A stretch of DNA of 63,695 bases from Patescibacteria group bacterium (GTDB lineage: Bacteria; Patescibacteriota; Minisyncoccia; 2-02-FULL-40-12; GWA2-44-9). The notes under the pieces were generated by a model, which saw only the letters and a list, made by a program, of their open reading frames with translations, did not search any database and had not been told where the DNA came from. The stretch lies in assembly GCA_038064455.1 (NCBI GenBank), contig JBBTTB010000004.1, positions 2,893-66,587 on the forward strand, read 5' to 3'. A program made the translations under genes and the position numbers. Below, piece after piece: positions 28,611-38,635 of this stretch; position 1 is the first letter of the stretch; every line of letters starts with the position of its first letter.

Positions 28611-29734
28611 AGCTCTACTATATCGCCAATAATCAACTGCCAACGCCAAAGGCGCACGGTCTTCAGATTATGAAGATGTGCGAAGCATTTGCATCGCTTG
28701 GCATTGAGTGTGAGCTCATTATCCCCGATCGCCGCACCTATCCTTCAATTACTGAGCGCAACCCGCTCGCATACTATGGAGTGAAGCATCCATTTAAACT
28801 GACCCGACTGCCTTCTGCGGACTTCATTACTGTAACGACATACGCGCCCCTCGCAAAACTCTTTTTTTGGCTTCAACAGTTAGCCTTTGGTTTTTCGGTG
28901 AAGAGGTATCTCTCCAGAAGGCAGGGTGTTATATATTCTCGCGATCCATTTTCACTTTTTGTGTTGCGGTCGCTTGGGCTCCCTATGTATTGGGAGATGC
29001 ATTCAATGCCGAAGAATATCCGATCATATATATATAGAAAAGTGCTCCGTGCAATTCGCGGTGTCATCACTATATCAAATGGATTGCGCGAGGATATCGC
29101 GAGGGTGTACGCGGGGCGGGTGCTGGTGGCTCCCGACGGTGTTGATTTGGAGATGTTCCAAAATGTGCCACATCGTGTCGATGCTCGGACTGCGCTCGAT
29201 TTGCCGCAAGATAAAAAAATAGTTGTATACGCAGGTCACCTCTACGGATGGAAGGGGGTCGATACGCTTCTGGGGGCTGCAGCAAAACTTCCCGACATGC
29301 TTTTTGTGCTTGTCGGCGGAACGCCGGAAGATATTCAAGCATACAAGCTGAAGCATGGGGCTGGTACCAACATTATGTTTAGGGGATTCGTTCCGCATCA
29401 ACGGGTGCCATTGTATTTGTCGGCGGGCGACGTTGTCGCACTCCCGAACTCACAGAAGGAAAAGATTTCAAGTCACTATACTTCGCCGTTAAAGTTATTT
29501 GAATACATGGCGTCGGGCACGCCTATTGTCGCGTCGGACTTACCGTCACTGCGTGAGGTGTTATCTGATGAGTGTGCGGTGCTGGTGGCTCCCGATGATA
29601 GTGAGTCAATGGCGCAAGGCATTCGCATCGCGCTGACTGATGGCGCACGCCGCGCACTTCACGCTCGCGAACAGGTTCAGAAGTATTCTTGGGCTAAGCG
29701 AGCCGGAAAGATTTCTATATTTATAGAGGAGTAG
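28607..29734 (+). CDS. Glycosyltransferase family 4
   Basis: KAHGLQI; YAGHLYGWKG; TSPLKLFEYMASG. Confidence 0.9.
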   Translation: MKLYYIANNQLPTPKAHGLQIMKMCEAFASLGIECELIIPDRRTYPSITERNPLAYYGVKHPFKLTRLPSADFITVTTYAPLAKLFFWLQQLAFGFSVKRYLSRRQGVIYSRDPFSLFVLRSLGLPMYWEMHSMPKNIRSYIYRKVLRAIRGVITISNGLREDIARVYAGRVLVAPDGVDLEMFQNVPHRVDARTALDLPQDKKIVVYAGHLYGWKGVDTLLGAAAKLPDMLFVLVGGTPEDIQAYKLKHGAGTNIMFRGFVPHQRVPLYLSAGDVVALPNSQKEKISSHYTSPLKLFEYMASGTPIVASDLPSLREVLSDECAVLVAPDDSESMAQGIRIALTDGARRALHAREQVQKYSWAKRAGKISIFIEE

Positions 29735-29815
29735 TTGTCTTTCTTTATATTTCATGGCATAAAGGGCTAGCTCTTTTGTACGTGTGGCAACATGTGTTGC
29801 AGAAAGAAGGGTACA

Positions 29816-31222
29816 GTGAAGATTTGTCTGGTCTTCCCAGAGACGACGATTTTCGAAGATCCAATGGTGTTCCCTCCGCTCGGCCTCTTCTACCTGAAAG
29901 CAGCTCTCCAAGAGCGTGGCCACGAGGTCGATTACGTAGATATGTCCGAATATCTCGTGGATGCGACAGGTTCGCGTACCAAGAAGTACGCAGTCCCGCC
30001 TTCGCGCGGATATGACGCATATCTCGTTTCAGGGACATCGCCGCAGGCGCGAGAAATTAGGCGCCTCGGCGCGTATCTTCGTGAACGTGGATGCACGACC
30101 ATCGTGGGCGGGCCTCACGTCACGAACTACGCCGGGCCCGTCACATTGGGCCCTGATGTCCCAATAATCGGTGAGACCGAGCCGATCGACCAACAGCTGT
30201 TGAGCGTGTACCACGTCGCGGTAAAGCGCGAAGGTGAGCGCGCTGTCCTTCAGGCGTTGGCTCGGCTCGACGAGGCACACGATTACATGGCTCGCCATGG
30301 GCGAGGTCTGGTCATCCAAGAGCCGAACATCGCAGATCTTGGCTCGATTCCGATTCCCGACCGATCCGAAGCGCACAAGTACCACTACCTGCTGGACGAC
30401 GAGCACGGCAACAAGCATCGTGGCACGACCATGTCCTCATCTCGTGGGTGTCCAGAGCGCTGTGCGTTCTGTGACAGTCCCGCGCTGTGGGGGCGTGCCG
30501 TGCGCTACATTCCCATCCCGCGCGTCGTGGAAGAGTTCGAGCAAATCCGAGACCTCGGGTTCTCCGCGATTCACTTCTTCGACGACATCCTTCCGCTCGC
30601 ACAGCCACGCATGGTGGAAATCTGCAAGCATCTCAAGTCGTTCGGATTCTACTGGCGGTGCTTCGTTCGTGTCGACATCATGACGCATCCGAAATACGGA
30701 AAGCCGTTCATGCAGATGATGTACGACCATGGACTGCGTGAAGTCCTCGTGGGGGTCGAGTCAGGCGATCAGCGTATTCTCGATACCATCCATAAGGGCA
30801 CAACCGTAGGGCAGAATACGCTCGTGCGTCAGTGGTGTCGTGAAATCGGCATTCGATTCAAAGCATCAGTCATCCTTGGCCTTCCAAGCGAAGATATGGC
30901 GAGCATGATTGCAACGCGAAAATGGGTGCTCGAAAATCGACCCGATCGCGTGAACATCTGCACGTATATCCCGTTCCCCGGCACGCCCATCTCGAAAGGT
31001 ACTGACCCGCGGCGCGCTGCCGAGTACGGCCAAGATGCAGTGCATGGCTACGACATCACGATGGAGATTGATACGGCTCTTCTGGACGGCGACTACTTCT
31101 ACGCCGGCTCTCGCGACAAGTTGAGCGTGGTCACGTCGACATCAGCATTGAGTCGGGAGCAGATCCAGGCATTCTGGCAGGAGTTTTGTCAGGAAGTCCT
31201 CGATGCCGGTATCCCGTACTAG
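29816..31222 (+). CDS. B12-binding-domain radical SAM protein
   Basis: PPLGLFYL and VGGPH (B12-binding-like N-domain); SRGCPERCAFC (CxxxCxxC); GVESG; GTG start after a GAAGG RBS. Confidence 0.9.
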   Translation: MKICLVFPETTIFEDPMVFPPLGLFYLKAALQERGHEVDYVDMSEYLVDATGSRTKKYAVPPSRGYDAYLVSGTSPQAREIRRLGAYLRERGCTTIVGGPHVTNYAGPVTLGPDVPIIGETEPIDQQLLSVYHVAVKREGERAVLQALARLDEAHDYMARHGRGLVIQEPNIADLGSIPIPDRSEAHKYHYLLDDEHGNKHRGTTMSSSRGCPERCAFCDSPALWGRAVRYIPIPRVVEEFEQIRDLGFSAIHFFDDILPLAQPRMVEICKHLKSFGFYWRCFVRVDIMTHPKYGKPFMQMMYDHGLREVLVGVESGDQRILDTIHKGTTVGQNTLVRQWCREIGIRFKASVILGLPSEDMASMIATRKWVLENRPDRVNICTYIPFPGTPISKGTDPRRAAEYGQDAVHGYDITMEIDTALLDGDYFYAGSRDKLSVVTSTSALSREQIQAFWQEFCQEVLDAGIPY

Positions 31223-31224
31223 TG

Positions 31225-31260
31225 AGGCGCCCCACCCCGGGGCGCCTTCTTTTTGTTTTT
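31225..31260 (+). terminator. Intrinsic terminator
   Basis: AGGCGCCCC-ACCCC-GGGGCGCCT followed by TCTTTTTGTTTTT. Confidence 0.85.
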
Positions 31261-31290
31261 CTGCGAGCGTGGTATCGTGGCGAGCAAGAT

Positions 31291-32343
31291 ATGAAAATCT
31301 GTATCCTCACGCACAGCATGGATGTATCAGCGGGCTGGGGGCGCTATAGCAATCAGCTTATCTCTGGTCTTCGGGAGCGTGGACATGATGTTTTAGTCCT
31401 TACCGAGCGCGGTGGAGAGTACCCTATCCTACGCCGTGGGTTCGGTATGTTTTTGTCTGCTATTCGCACCATCCCATACATTCGAAGATGTGATGTCATT
31501 CATGCGCTTGACGTGTATCCATTTGGCATTATCGTATGGTTGGCAACGCGCTTTATTCGGCGGCCATATTTTGTGTCGGGTGTGGGAACGTACTCCGTTG
31601 CTCCTCTTAAGAATAAAGCTACATCATGGATGGCACGCGCGGCTTGCCGAAATGCCGTCACTGTTCTGGCGATTAGCTCACATACCGCCAGTCAGATGAA
31701 GGAATGTGCTCCAGACATAAGAATTCGCGTCGTCAATCCGGGAATTTCGATTCATACTTGTACTGTCAAGGTTGGGCCTATGTCTTCTCGTATTATTTCA
31801 GTGGGCGCTCTCAAGGAGCGAAAAGGATACCATATCGCATTGGAAGCGTTTTCTCGAGCGCGAAAAAAGCTTTCCGATCTTACCTATACTATCATTGGCG
31901 ATCAGCGAGATAAGCGATACTTTAAACAACTTCAACAGCAGGCTGTGGATCTTGGGATTGCTGATTTGGTTACATTCAAGCAGCACCTTAGCGAAGATGA
32001 ACTTCTTAAAGAATATGAGAGCGCAGGGCTATTCCTTTTGCCCTCAATAAATTCCGAGGGCCACTTTGAAGGATTTGGTCTCGTATTTCTTGAAGCCGCA
32101 TCCTTCGGTCTTCCCGTCATTGGAACGACACATAATGGAATCGCAGATGCCGTGGGTCGCGATAATGGCATCCTTGTGCCCCAGGAGGATATTGACGCGA
32201 CTACAGATGCCATAGTGAAAATATTCTCCGATGACTCCCAGTGGCACAAGATGTCAGACGCGAGTATTGCATGGGCTGGACTTCATCCATCTAGTCACAT
32301 GATCGATGCATATGAGCGTGCTTATCAATCTGAACTTTCATGA
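31291..32343 (+). CDS. Glycosyltransferase family 4
   Basis: GWGRY; GALKERKG; EGFGLVFLEAASFG. Confidence 0.9.
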   Translation: MKICILTHSMDVSAGWGRYSNQLISGLRERGHDVLVLTERGGEYPILRRGFGMFLSAIRTIPYIRRCDVIHALDVYPFGIIVWLATRFIRRPYFVSGVGTYSVAPLKNKATSWMARAACRNAVTVLAISSHTASQMKECAPDIRIRVVNPGISIHTCTVKVGPMSSRIISVGALKERKGYHIALEAFSRARKKLSDLTYTIIGDQRDKRYFKQLQQQAVDLGIADLVTFKQHLSEDELLKEYESAGLFLLPSINSEGHFEGFGLVFLEAASFGLPVIGTTHNGIADAVGRDNGILVPQEDIDATTDAIVKIFSDDSQWHKMSDASIAWAGLHPSSHMIDAYERAYQSELS

Positions 32344-33047
32344 AAACGGTTGTTATCTTACCTACCTATAACGAGCGAGGGAATATCTCTTTTCTGATTG
32401 AGGAGATTCTTCGAAGCGTGCCTGATGTGGGCATCTTGGTGATTGACGATAATTCTCCCGACGGCACGGCGGATGCGGTTCGGGCGAGTATGCAGAAGCA
32501 TGCATCGGTTCGATTGATGTCTCGTACCGGCAAGCAAGGGCTCGGCACTGCATATATTGCTGCATTCAAAGAGGTGCTCAAAGATGAATTAGTTGAGCGC
32601 GTTATCACAATGGATGCCGATTTTTCACATCATCCCCGATATCTGCCGGAACTCATCTCGACAGCGAAGAGCGTTGATCTTACAATAGGGTCTCGCTACG
32701 TAAAGGGAGGGGGAATCGCGAAGTGGGAATTGTGGCGCCGACAGTTGAGTTATTGGGCGAATGTATATGTGCGGATGATTTTACGCTATCCCATTCGGGA
32801 TTGGACAACTGGATATCAGTGCATCACCACTCGCGCGCTCCGTGCAATCGATTTGAATACTATCGATTTATCCGGCTACGCATTTCTTCAGGAGCTCAAA
32901 TACGCGCTCTTATCATCTGGGGCGACCTTTCGCGAGATTCCCATCATATTCCAAGCTCGACGCGAGGGTGAGTCAAAAATATCCGGATTCATCATTCGGG
33001 AGGGCATTACAGGACCATGGAAAATACGAAAAACAACGAAATCATAG
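32340..33047 (+). CDS. Polyprenol monophosphomannose synthase (Ppm1/DPM1-like GT2)
   Basis: PTYNE, DDNSPDGT, GLGTAY, MDADFSH, GSRY, DWTTGY, GYAFLQE, REGESK. Confidence 0.9.
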   Translation: MKTVVILPTYNERGNISFLIEEILRSVPDVGILVIDDNSPDGTADAVRASMQKHASVRLMSRTGKQGLGTAYIAAFKEVLKDELVERVITMDADFSHHPRYLPELISTAKSVDLTIGSRYVKGGGIAKWELWRRQLSYWANVYVRMILRYPIRDWTTGYQCITTRALRAIDLNTIDLSGYAFLQELKYALLSSGATFREIPIIFQARREGESKISGFIIREGITGPWKIRKTTKS

Positions 33048-33853
33048 TATCGGTTCTCACCCCGGCTTTTAATGAGGAGCAATACATTTGTGAGACCATT
33101 GAGAGCATTCTTAACCAGACGTATAAGAATTTCGAGTATATTATTTGCGATGATTGCTCGACCGATCGGACGTGGGAGATCATCCAACGATACGCATCAA
33201 TTGATGACCGGATTATTGCTATACGAAATGATAGAAATCTCGGTATTGCTGGGATAAAAAATCGGTTAATATCCATGTCGCGCGGGAGGTATGTTGTGTG
33301 GTAATCTGCCGATGACATATCAATGCCGGAAAGGATTGAACATCAGCTTGCATTTATGGAGTCTCACCCTGAAGTGGGCGTATGTGGCAGTTACTTGCTT
33401 ATGTTTGATGACCGAGGGGATGCATGTGTCAGGAAATACCCCCTAGAAGACAGCGCTTTGAGGAAAATAATTTATCGATATATGCCCGTTTCGGAGGCGG
33501 TTGCAATAACCAGACGAGAGTGCTACAAAGAGCTTGGCAGATATGCTGAAGGTGTTTCAATTGCTGACGATTTAGAATTTATCCTTAGGATTGGGACTAC
33601 ATATAAGCTGGCGAATATGCCAGAAATATTGCTGAAGTCAAGAGTACACCCAGGAGGAGAAACACCGAAAAAACTGAAGGCTCTGGAACGCGCCACGCTT
33701 GATATCCGAAAGAAATACAGCGAGAACCCGAGCTATCCAAAGCCCAATATATACGATTGGATGTATAACATTGCCCAATACATCTCAATGCACGTCATGT
33801 CCCCCAATTTCAGGATACAACTGTTTCGAAAGATGCGAGATACTTCCCTCTAA
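33017..33853 (+). pseudogene. Glycosyltransferase family 2 interrupted by an in-frame TAA (33302-33304)
   Basis: ORFs 33017..33304 and 33323..33853 share a frame and read through as ...GRYVVW*SADDISMPERIE, the GT2 DxD region. Confidence 0.8.
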
Positions 33854-33912
33854 GCCTTGGGCTTACACGACCTATGAGACCCGGAGAACTAACGCATAAG
33901 AATTTACTAAAC

Positions 33913-34845
33913 ATGTCAAATTATGGCCACTCTATTTTGGTGACCGGTGGCGACGGTGTTATTGGGACTGCTCTCGTGGCAGAGCTACGAAGACGGGGTC
34001 ACAAGGTATGGGTTGCTGAACCGTACCACACGAACCATCCGATGCATCTTCGGTGTGATGTGGGTGATTTCCAGCAAGTTGAGGATATCTTCAAGAAGCA
34101 CGCGTTTGATTACGTGTACCATCTTGCTGCAGAATTTGGAAGAAAGAATGGTGAGGAATTCTATTCTGCGCTTTGGCGCACAAATGCCAGCGGAACGAAA
34201 CATATCTTGCGAATGCAGGAGAAGTACAGATTCCGATTGATATTCCCCAGTAGCTCCGAAGTGTATGGAACGAATTTGACCGGGGTGCTCACTGAAGAAG
34301 CCCCACAGCAGGTTGCTGTTCGGTTGGGCAATGATTATGCTATTTCTAAATGGGTGAATGAGATGCAGATTATGAACTCTATGGACCAGTATGGCACCGA
34401 GACGGTGAGGTTCCGGTTCTCGAATGTGTATGGGCCTGGCGAGTACTACTCGGATTACCGAAGCGCGATTTGTTTGTTTGTGTACCGGGCCCTTCATAAT
34501 ATGCCATATACGGTGTACACAAATAGCGGCAGGGCATTTATCTATATCCGCGATGCCATTGAATGTGTCGCCAACATTTGTGAGAACTTTGTTTCTGGCG
34601 AAGTCTACAATATTGCCAACAGAGATTTGGTAGGCATGAAAGAGGTTTCAGATAAGATACTGCAGTTAGTTGGAGTAGACGATAGGCTCGTGAGCTACGT
34701 TGAAAACGATGCTACCGCAACAACCTCTAAGTGTCTTGACTGCACGAAGGCTACTCGCGATCTAGGATTGCGACAGACGGTGACCCTTGATGCTGGTTTG
34801 GCGCTGACCGTTGAGTGGTTTAAGAAGACCTACGGCATTATATGA
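33913..34845 (+). CDS. NAD-dependent epimerase/dehydratase (extended SDR)
   Basis: ILVTGGDGVIG, HLAA, SSSEVYG, YAISK, NVYGPG. Confidence 0.9.
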   Translation: MSNYGHSILVTGGDGVIGTALVAELRRRGHKVWVAEPYHTNHPMHLRCDVGDFQQVEDIFKKHAFDYVYHLAAEFGRKNGEEFYSALWRTNASGTKHILRMQEKYRFRLIFPSSSEVYGTNLTGVLTEEAPQQVAVRLGNDYAISKWVNEMQIMNSMDQYGTETVRFRFSNVYGPGEYYSDYRSAICLFVYRALHNMPYTVYTNSGRAFIYIRDAIECVANICENFVSGEVYNIANRDLVGMKEVSDKILQLVGVDDRLVSYVENDATATTSKCLDCTKATRDLGLRQTVTLDAGLALTVEWFKKTYGII

Positions 34846-36116
34846 TAAGGTCAGATAATGAAAACCTCGTTTATACTGCGATTGATGAGTTTTTTCGCGG
34901 TAGCACTCCTGCAAGTAGAAAAAATCCGAAGTGGCGAGTTCCTATTGGCATGGGGTACTTTGATGAACGAGAGGTTAAGGCTGCTGTAGAATGCTACCTC
35001 AATGGATGGCTCTCAACACAAAATAAAGTAAAGGAGTTTGAGGCAGCATTTGCCAACTATCTTGGAGTAACATATGCGATTGCTACGAATTCAGGTTCTT
35101 CGGCGAACCTTTTAGCGCTCGATGCGCTCATGCAGTCGGGCGCTCTTGTCCGTGGTGACGAGGTTATTGTTCCTGCGACTACTTTCGTGACCGTTGTGAC
35201 CCCAATTATTCAGCTCGGTCTTATCCCAGTGTACGTTGATATTGATCCCCATACTCTCAACATAGACCCGAAGCTGATTGAGTCCGCTATCGTCAAAGGG
35301 AAAACGAAGGCGATTATGGTGGTCCACACGTTGGGGAATCCCGCACCCATGAAGGAAATTATGGATATTGCAAATCGAGAGGGTCTCGTGGTTATTGAAG
35401 ATTGCTGTGAAGCTCATGGCGCGATGGTTGGCGACAGGAAGGTGGGTAGTTTCGGCGATTTGGCGACATTTAGTTTTTATGTCGCGCACAACATGACAAC
35501 CGGTGAGGGGGGGATGGTAGTCACAAATTCCAGTACGTATGCCCGCTTAGTTGCTCAATTGAGGGAGTTTGGTAGGCATCTGGCATACCTTGGAAACAGG
35601 TATGGCTACTCTGATGGCTTTCTGACAAATTTTGATGAAAGATATGTTTTTAGCGCGCTCGGGTATAATTTTAGAATGGCGGATCCCCCGGCCGCTTTCG
35701 GTATGGTTCAGCTGCAGAGACTTGATGATACAAACAGTAAGCGCATTATGAACGCCACAGCGTACATGGAGCGACTGAATATACTTCGACGGGTTCTTTA
35801 TATACCCGAGATCCGTCCCGATACTCGCCATGTATTTTACGGTTTCCCGATCGTTATAAAGCAGGAGTCTGGCATACCACGTACATCTCTCGTTCGTTAC
35901 CTTGAGGCGCATAAAATAGAAACTCGTGCTATTTTCTGTGGCACATTACCTGATCAGCCCTGTTTCCGAGATGCTCCTGGTAGATCGAGTGGTTTGCTGA
36001 ATGAAAGCCGGATGGTGAGGGACAACGGCTTCTTTATCGGATGTCACCCTGGCTTGAACGATGAGGATATCGTGTATGTCGTGGATAAGTTAATTGATTT
36101 TTGTGCGGTTTACTAA
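34842..36116 (+). CDS. DegT/DnrJ/EryC1/StrS family, RfbH/ColD-like NDP-4-keto-6-deoxysugar 3-dehydratase
   Basis: NSGSSAN, EDCCEAHG, SFYVAHNMTTGEGG (His where aminotransferases have Lys), GYNF. Confidence 0.8.
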   Translation: MIRSDNENLVYTAIDEFFRGSTPASRKNPKWRVPIGMGYFDEREVKAAVECYLNGWLSTQNKVKEFEAAFANYLGVTYAIATNSGSSANLLALDALMQSGALVRGDEVIVPATTFVTVVTPIIQLGLIPVYVDIDPHTLNIDPKLIESAIVKGKTKAIMVVHTLGNPAPMKEIMDIANREGLVVIEDCCEAHGAMVGDRKVGSFGDLATFSFYVAHNMTTGEGGMVVTNSSTYARLVAQLREFGRHLAYLGNRYGYSDGFLTNFDERYVFSALGYNFRMADPPAAFGMVQLQRLDDTNSKRIMNATAYMERLNILRRVLYIPEIRPDTRHVFYGFPIVIKQESGIPRTSLVRYLEAHKIETRAIFCGTLPDQPCFRDAPGRSSGLLNESRMVRDNGFFIGCHPGLNDEDIVYVVDKLIDFCAVY

Positions 36117-36196
36117 AGAAAAGATCGCCATGTATTCTTTGTCATGTCTCTATGCAATAGCATGGTGAATAAGAGAATACTCAAGCGCCTATCAGC

Positions 36197-38635
36197 ATGA
36201 ACGTGAAAATGATTCCGCAAAGAATCCATACTGCTTTAGCTGGACTCGGTATCTTGCTGGTGAGTTTTATTCCACAATTTATATTAGGAAAAGCGTACAG
36301 TCACGGAGACTGGCTTGTTGGATATTTTTCCGGGTTTACCTTTTTTAAGGAGCAGATTTTGAGCGGAGGGAGTTTTTTGTGGGCGGGGAGTATCGGAAGT
36401 GGATTCCCAATTTACCTTGATCCTTCGTTCGGATTCTCTTCTCTTTCAAGTTACGTACTATTTAGATATTTGCCGGTAATTGATGCATATCATGCTGCAA
36501 TTTTCTTGGGCACCTCGATGCTTTTTCTCTTTTCGTACTTATGTGCGCGTGAATTTGCTACTTCTAGGGCGGGGTCACTTCTCGCGGCATTGGTATTTAC
36601 ATTTGGGTATCACAACAGCCCGTGGAGTAATAATATTTCTGTAGTTGCTGCCCTCTTTACGCTACCACTTATGCTTCTGTCTCTCGCGAAGATAAGCAGA
36701 GGTTCTTTTTTTTGGATACTTATTGGAGGTGTTGGCACGGGGTACGCCCTTATGATGAGCCAACCCCAATGGGTTCTCATGGCATTTGTTGGCGGGGGCC
36801 TCTACGCTTTGTACCATCTCGGGATTCGCTATATCCGTCACACAACAGATGGGGCGTGGCTTAGGGCGCTGCTTGGCTTGCTTGCGATACTCTGTGTGAG
36901 CGCGGCAATCTCGTGGCCTCAAATATCGGCAATACATCAGTTCGCATCGTTGAGCACGCGCGCGGGTGGGTTGAGTTTTTCTTCCGCGCAGATTAGTAGC
37001 ATCACTCCTGTAGATTTAATCTGGTTTATACTCCCGGAATTAGGGATAAAGTATGTGAACGCATCTGAACCCTCGCTATACGTTGGTGTGCTCCCACTTG
37101 TTTTTGCGCTCATCGGTATCGCCCATAGTGTGAGAAGCAGGAGTGCTCCGGGATACTTTCTGATCGGACTTTTCATATTCGGGTTACTATCTGCAGTTAA
37201 ATTCTCTCCCATTTTCTGGCTTCTCCATCAACTTCCCATATTTTCCTATTTCCGGGGTTCAAATCGGTGGATGTATATTGGAAATTTTGGGCTTTCAATG
37301 CTAGCGGGCATTGGTTTTGATCATGCGCTAGCGGGCAGAGTTACGATAGGCGCTTGGAAGAGAATCCAAAAATACATTGCATGGATTTTTGGGGTGATCG
37401 TGGTTTTTGCTGGTTTTGTGCAGGGTGTGTGGGCGATGTATTCACAGCGCATCATGAGCGTGCTTCAGAGCTATTTTGACCGCGTGTATTACCCGCGTAC
37501 CGTGGGGCAGTTACCACTCGAGCACTATCACAACGCACTTTCGTCCCTGATTGATTCGACGTTATATCAGATAGATTTTAGAAATCCTAAATTTGGACTC
37601 CCACTTCTCTTTTTAGCCATCTCGTACACGTTCTTCTCCAAACTCAAGAAAGATGGCACACACACTCAACGCTCCATAATTATCTTTGGCTTATGCATTT
37701 CTTTTCTCAACATTATCTCCCTGCACCCTAATTACTATCAAGTAATATCACGATCAATATTAGAGGCCACGCCAGCCACGGCTCACTTTTTGAGCTCGTT
37801 GGAAGATGTTCGGGGTGACCGAGCCAGGATATATTCTTATTTAGTAGGGGATGCCATTGACCAAAAATTGCGGACACCATTCCATGGGGCATTTAATGAA
37901 TCTGATTATATTGAATTTCGTAGAGACCTACTTCAGGTAAATATGAATATGGCGTGGCACATCAGCTCCATCGATGGGGCGAGCAATTTGATGCCTGCAA
38001 GGTCTCTCCAGATTCTCGACGTCCTCGGAGGAGATTCAACAGCGGCTGGTGGAGGATTTATAGCCGGAGCTCGTCCATTGAGTATGGCCGAAAAGGTTAA
38101 TTTTATCTCTTCGCGCATCCCACTGCTCTCAATGATGAATACAAAGTATGTGCTATCAGCCTTCGTGTTACCTGAAAGCGTCGATCTTCGTCTTATTCGA
38201 ATTATATCTTCAACCCGATTTAATATCCCAATCTATCTTTACGAAAACAAAAAAGTTTTGCCAAGATTATATTTCGCGAACGCGATTACATACTTACGCG
38301 AGCATGATGAGCGTGAGAGCTTTGAGGTTATCACAGACTCCGATAATGATTTTTCTAAGACCACATTTATTGAATGCCAAGAGTGTAGCGATCAAGCTAA
38401 CGTCCCATCACGAACTGATTTTCTGACGATGGTTGACCACGCTGACGGCTATATGCGCATACAAGCCAAGACGGCAAGGGGGAGATGGCTTATTTTCTCC
38501 GAGCTTAATGTCCCTGGTTGGGATATTAAGATTAATGGAGAGCCAGCCTATTCACGAATGGCAAATTATCTCTATCATGGCATTTTTATTTCGCCAGGGA
38601 TCCACGATATAGTGTTTAAGTACACGGGTATATGA
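36197..38635 (+). CDS. YfhO-like polytopic membrane protein (GT-C)
   Basis: Many TM segments; LYVG, FRGSNRW, SIDG; C-terminal soluble domain with PGW and ANYLYHG. Confidence 0.8.
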   Translation: MNVKMIPQRIHTALAGLGILLVSFIPQFILGKAYSHGDWLVGYFSGFTFFKEQILSGGSFLWAGSIGSGFPIYLDPSFGFSSLSSYVLFRYLPVIDAYHAAIFLGTSMLFLFSYLCAREFATSRAGSLLAALVFTFGYHNSPWSNNISVVAALFTLPLMLLSLAKISRGSFFWILIGGVGTGYALMMSQPQWVLMAFVGGGLYALYHLGIRYIRHTTDGAWLRALLGLLAILCVSAAISWPQISAIHQFASLSTRAGGLSFSSAQISSITPVDLIWFILPELGIKYVNASEPSLYVGVLPLVFALIGIAHSVRSRSAPGYFLIGLFIFGLLSAVKFSPIFWLLHQLPIFSYFRGSNRWMYIGNFGLSMLAGIGFDHALAGRVTIGAWKRIQKYIAWIFGVIVVFAGFVQGVWAMYSQRIMSVLQSYFDRVYYPRTVGQLPLEHYHNALSSLIDSTLYQIDFRNPKFGLPLLFLAISYTFFSKLKKDGTHTQRSIIIFGLCISFLNIISLHPNYYQVISRSILEATPATAHFLSSLEDVRGDRARIYSYLVGDAIDQKLRTPFHGAFNESDYIEFRRDLLQVNMNMAWHISSIDGASNLMPARSLQILDVLGGDSTAAGGGFIAGARPLSMAEKVNFISSRIPLLSMMNTKYVLSAFVLPESVDLRLIRIISSTRFNIPIYLYENKKVLPRLYFANAITYLREHDERESFEVITDSDNDFSKTTFIECQECSDQANVPSRTDFLTMVDHADGYMRIQAKTARGRWLIFSELNVPGWDIKINGEPAYSRMANYLYHGIFISPGIHDIVFKYTGI

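Noticed and set aside
33302-33304. Programmed stop-codon recoding or an alternative genetic code
   Set aside because: TAA, TAG and TGA all end conserved proteins at their expected C-termini elsewhere (e.g. TGA at 16879, 32343, 38635), so code 11 applies and a nonsense mutation or error is simpler.
36080-36088. DnaA-box-like CGTGGATAA
   Set aside because: It lies inside a CDS (Val-Asp-Lys), has one mismatch and has no promoter context.
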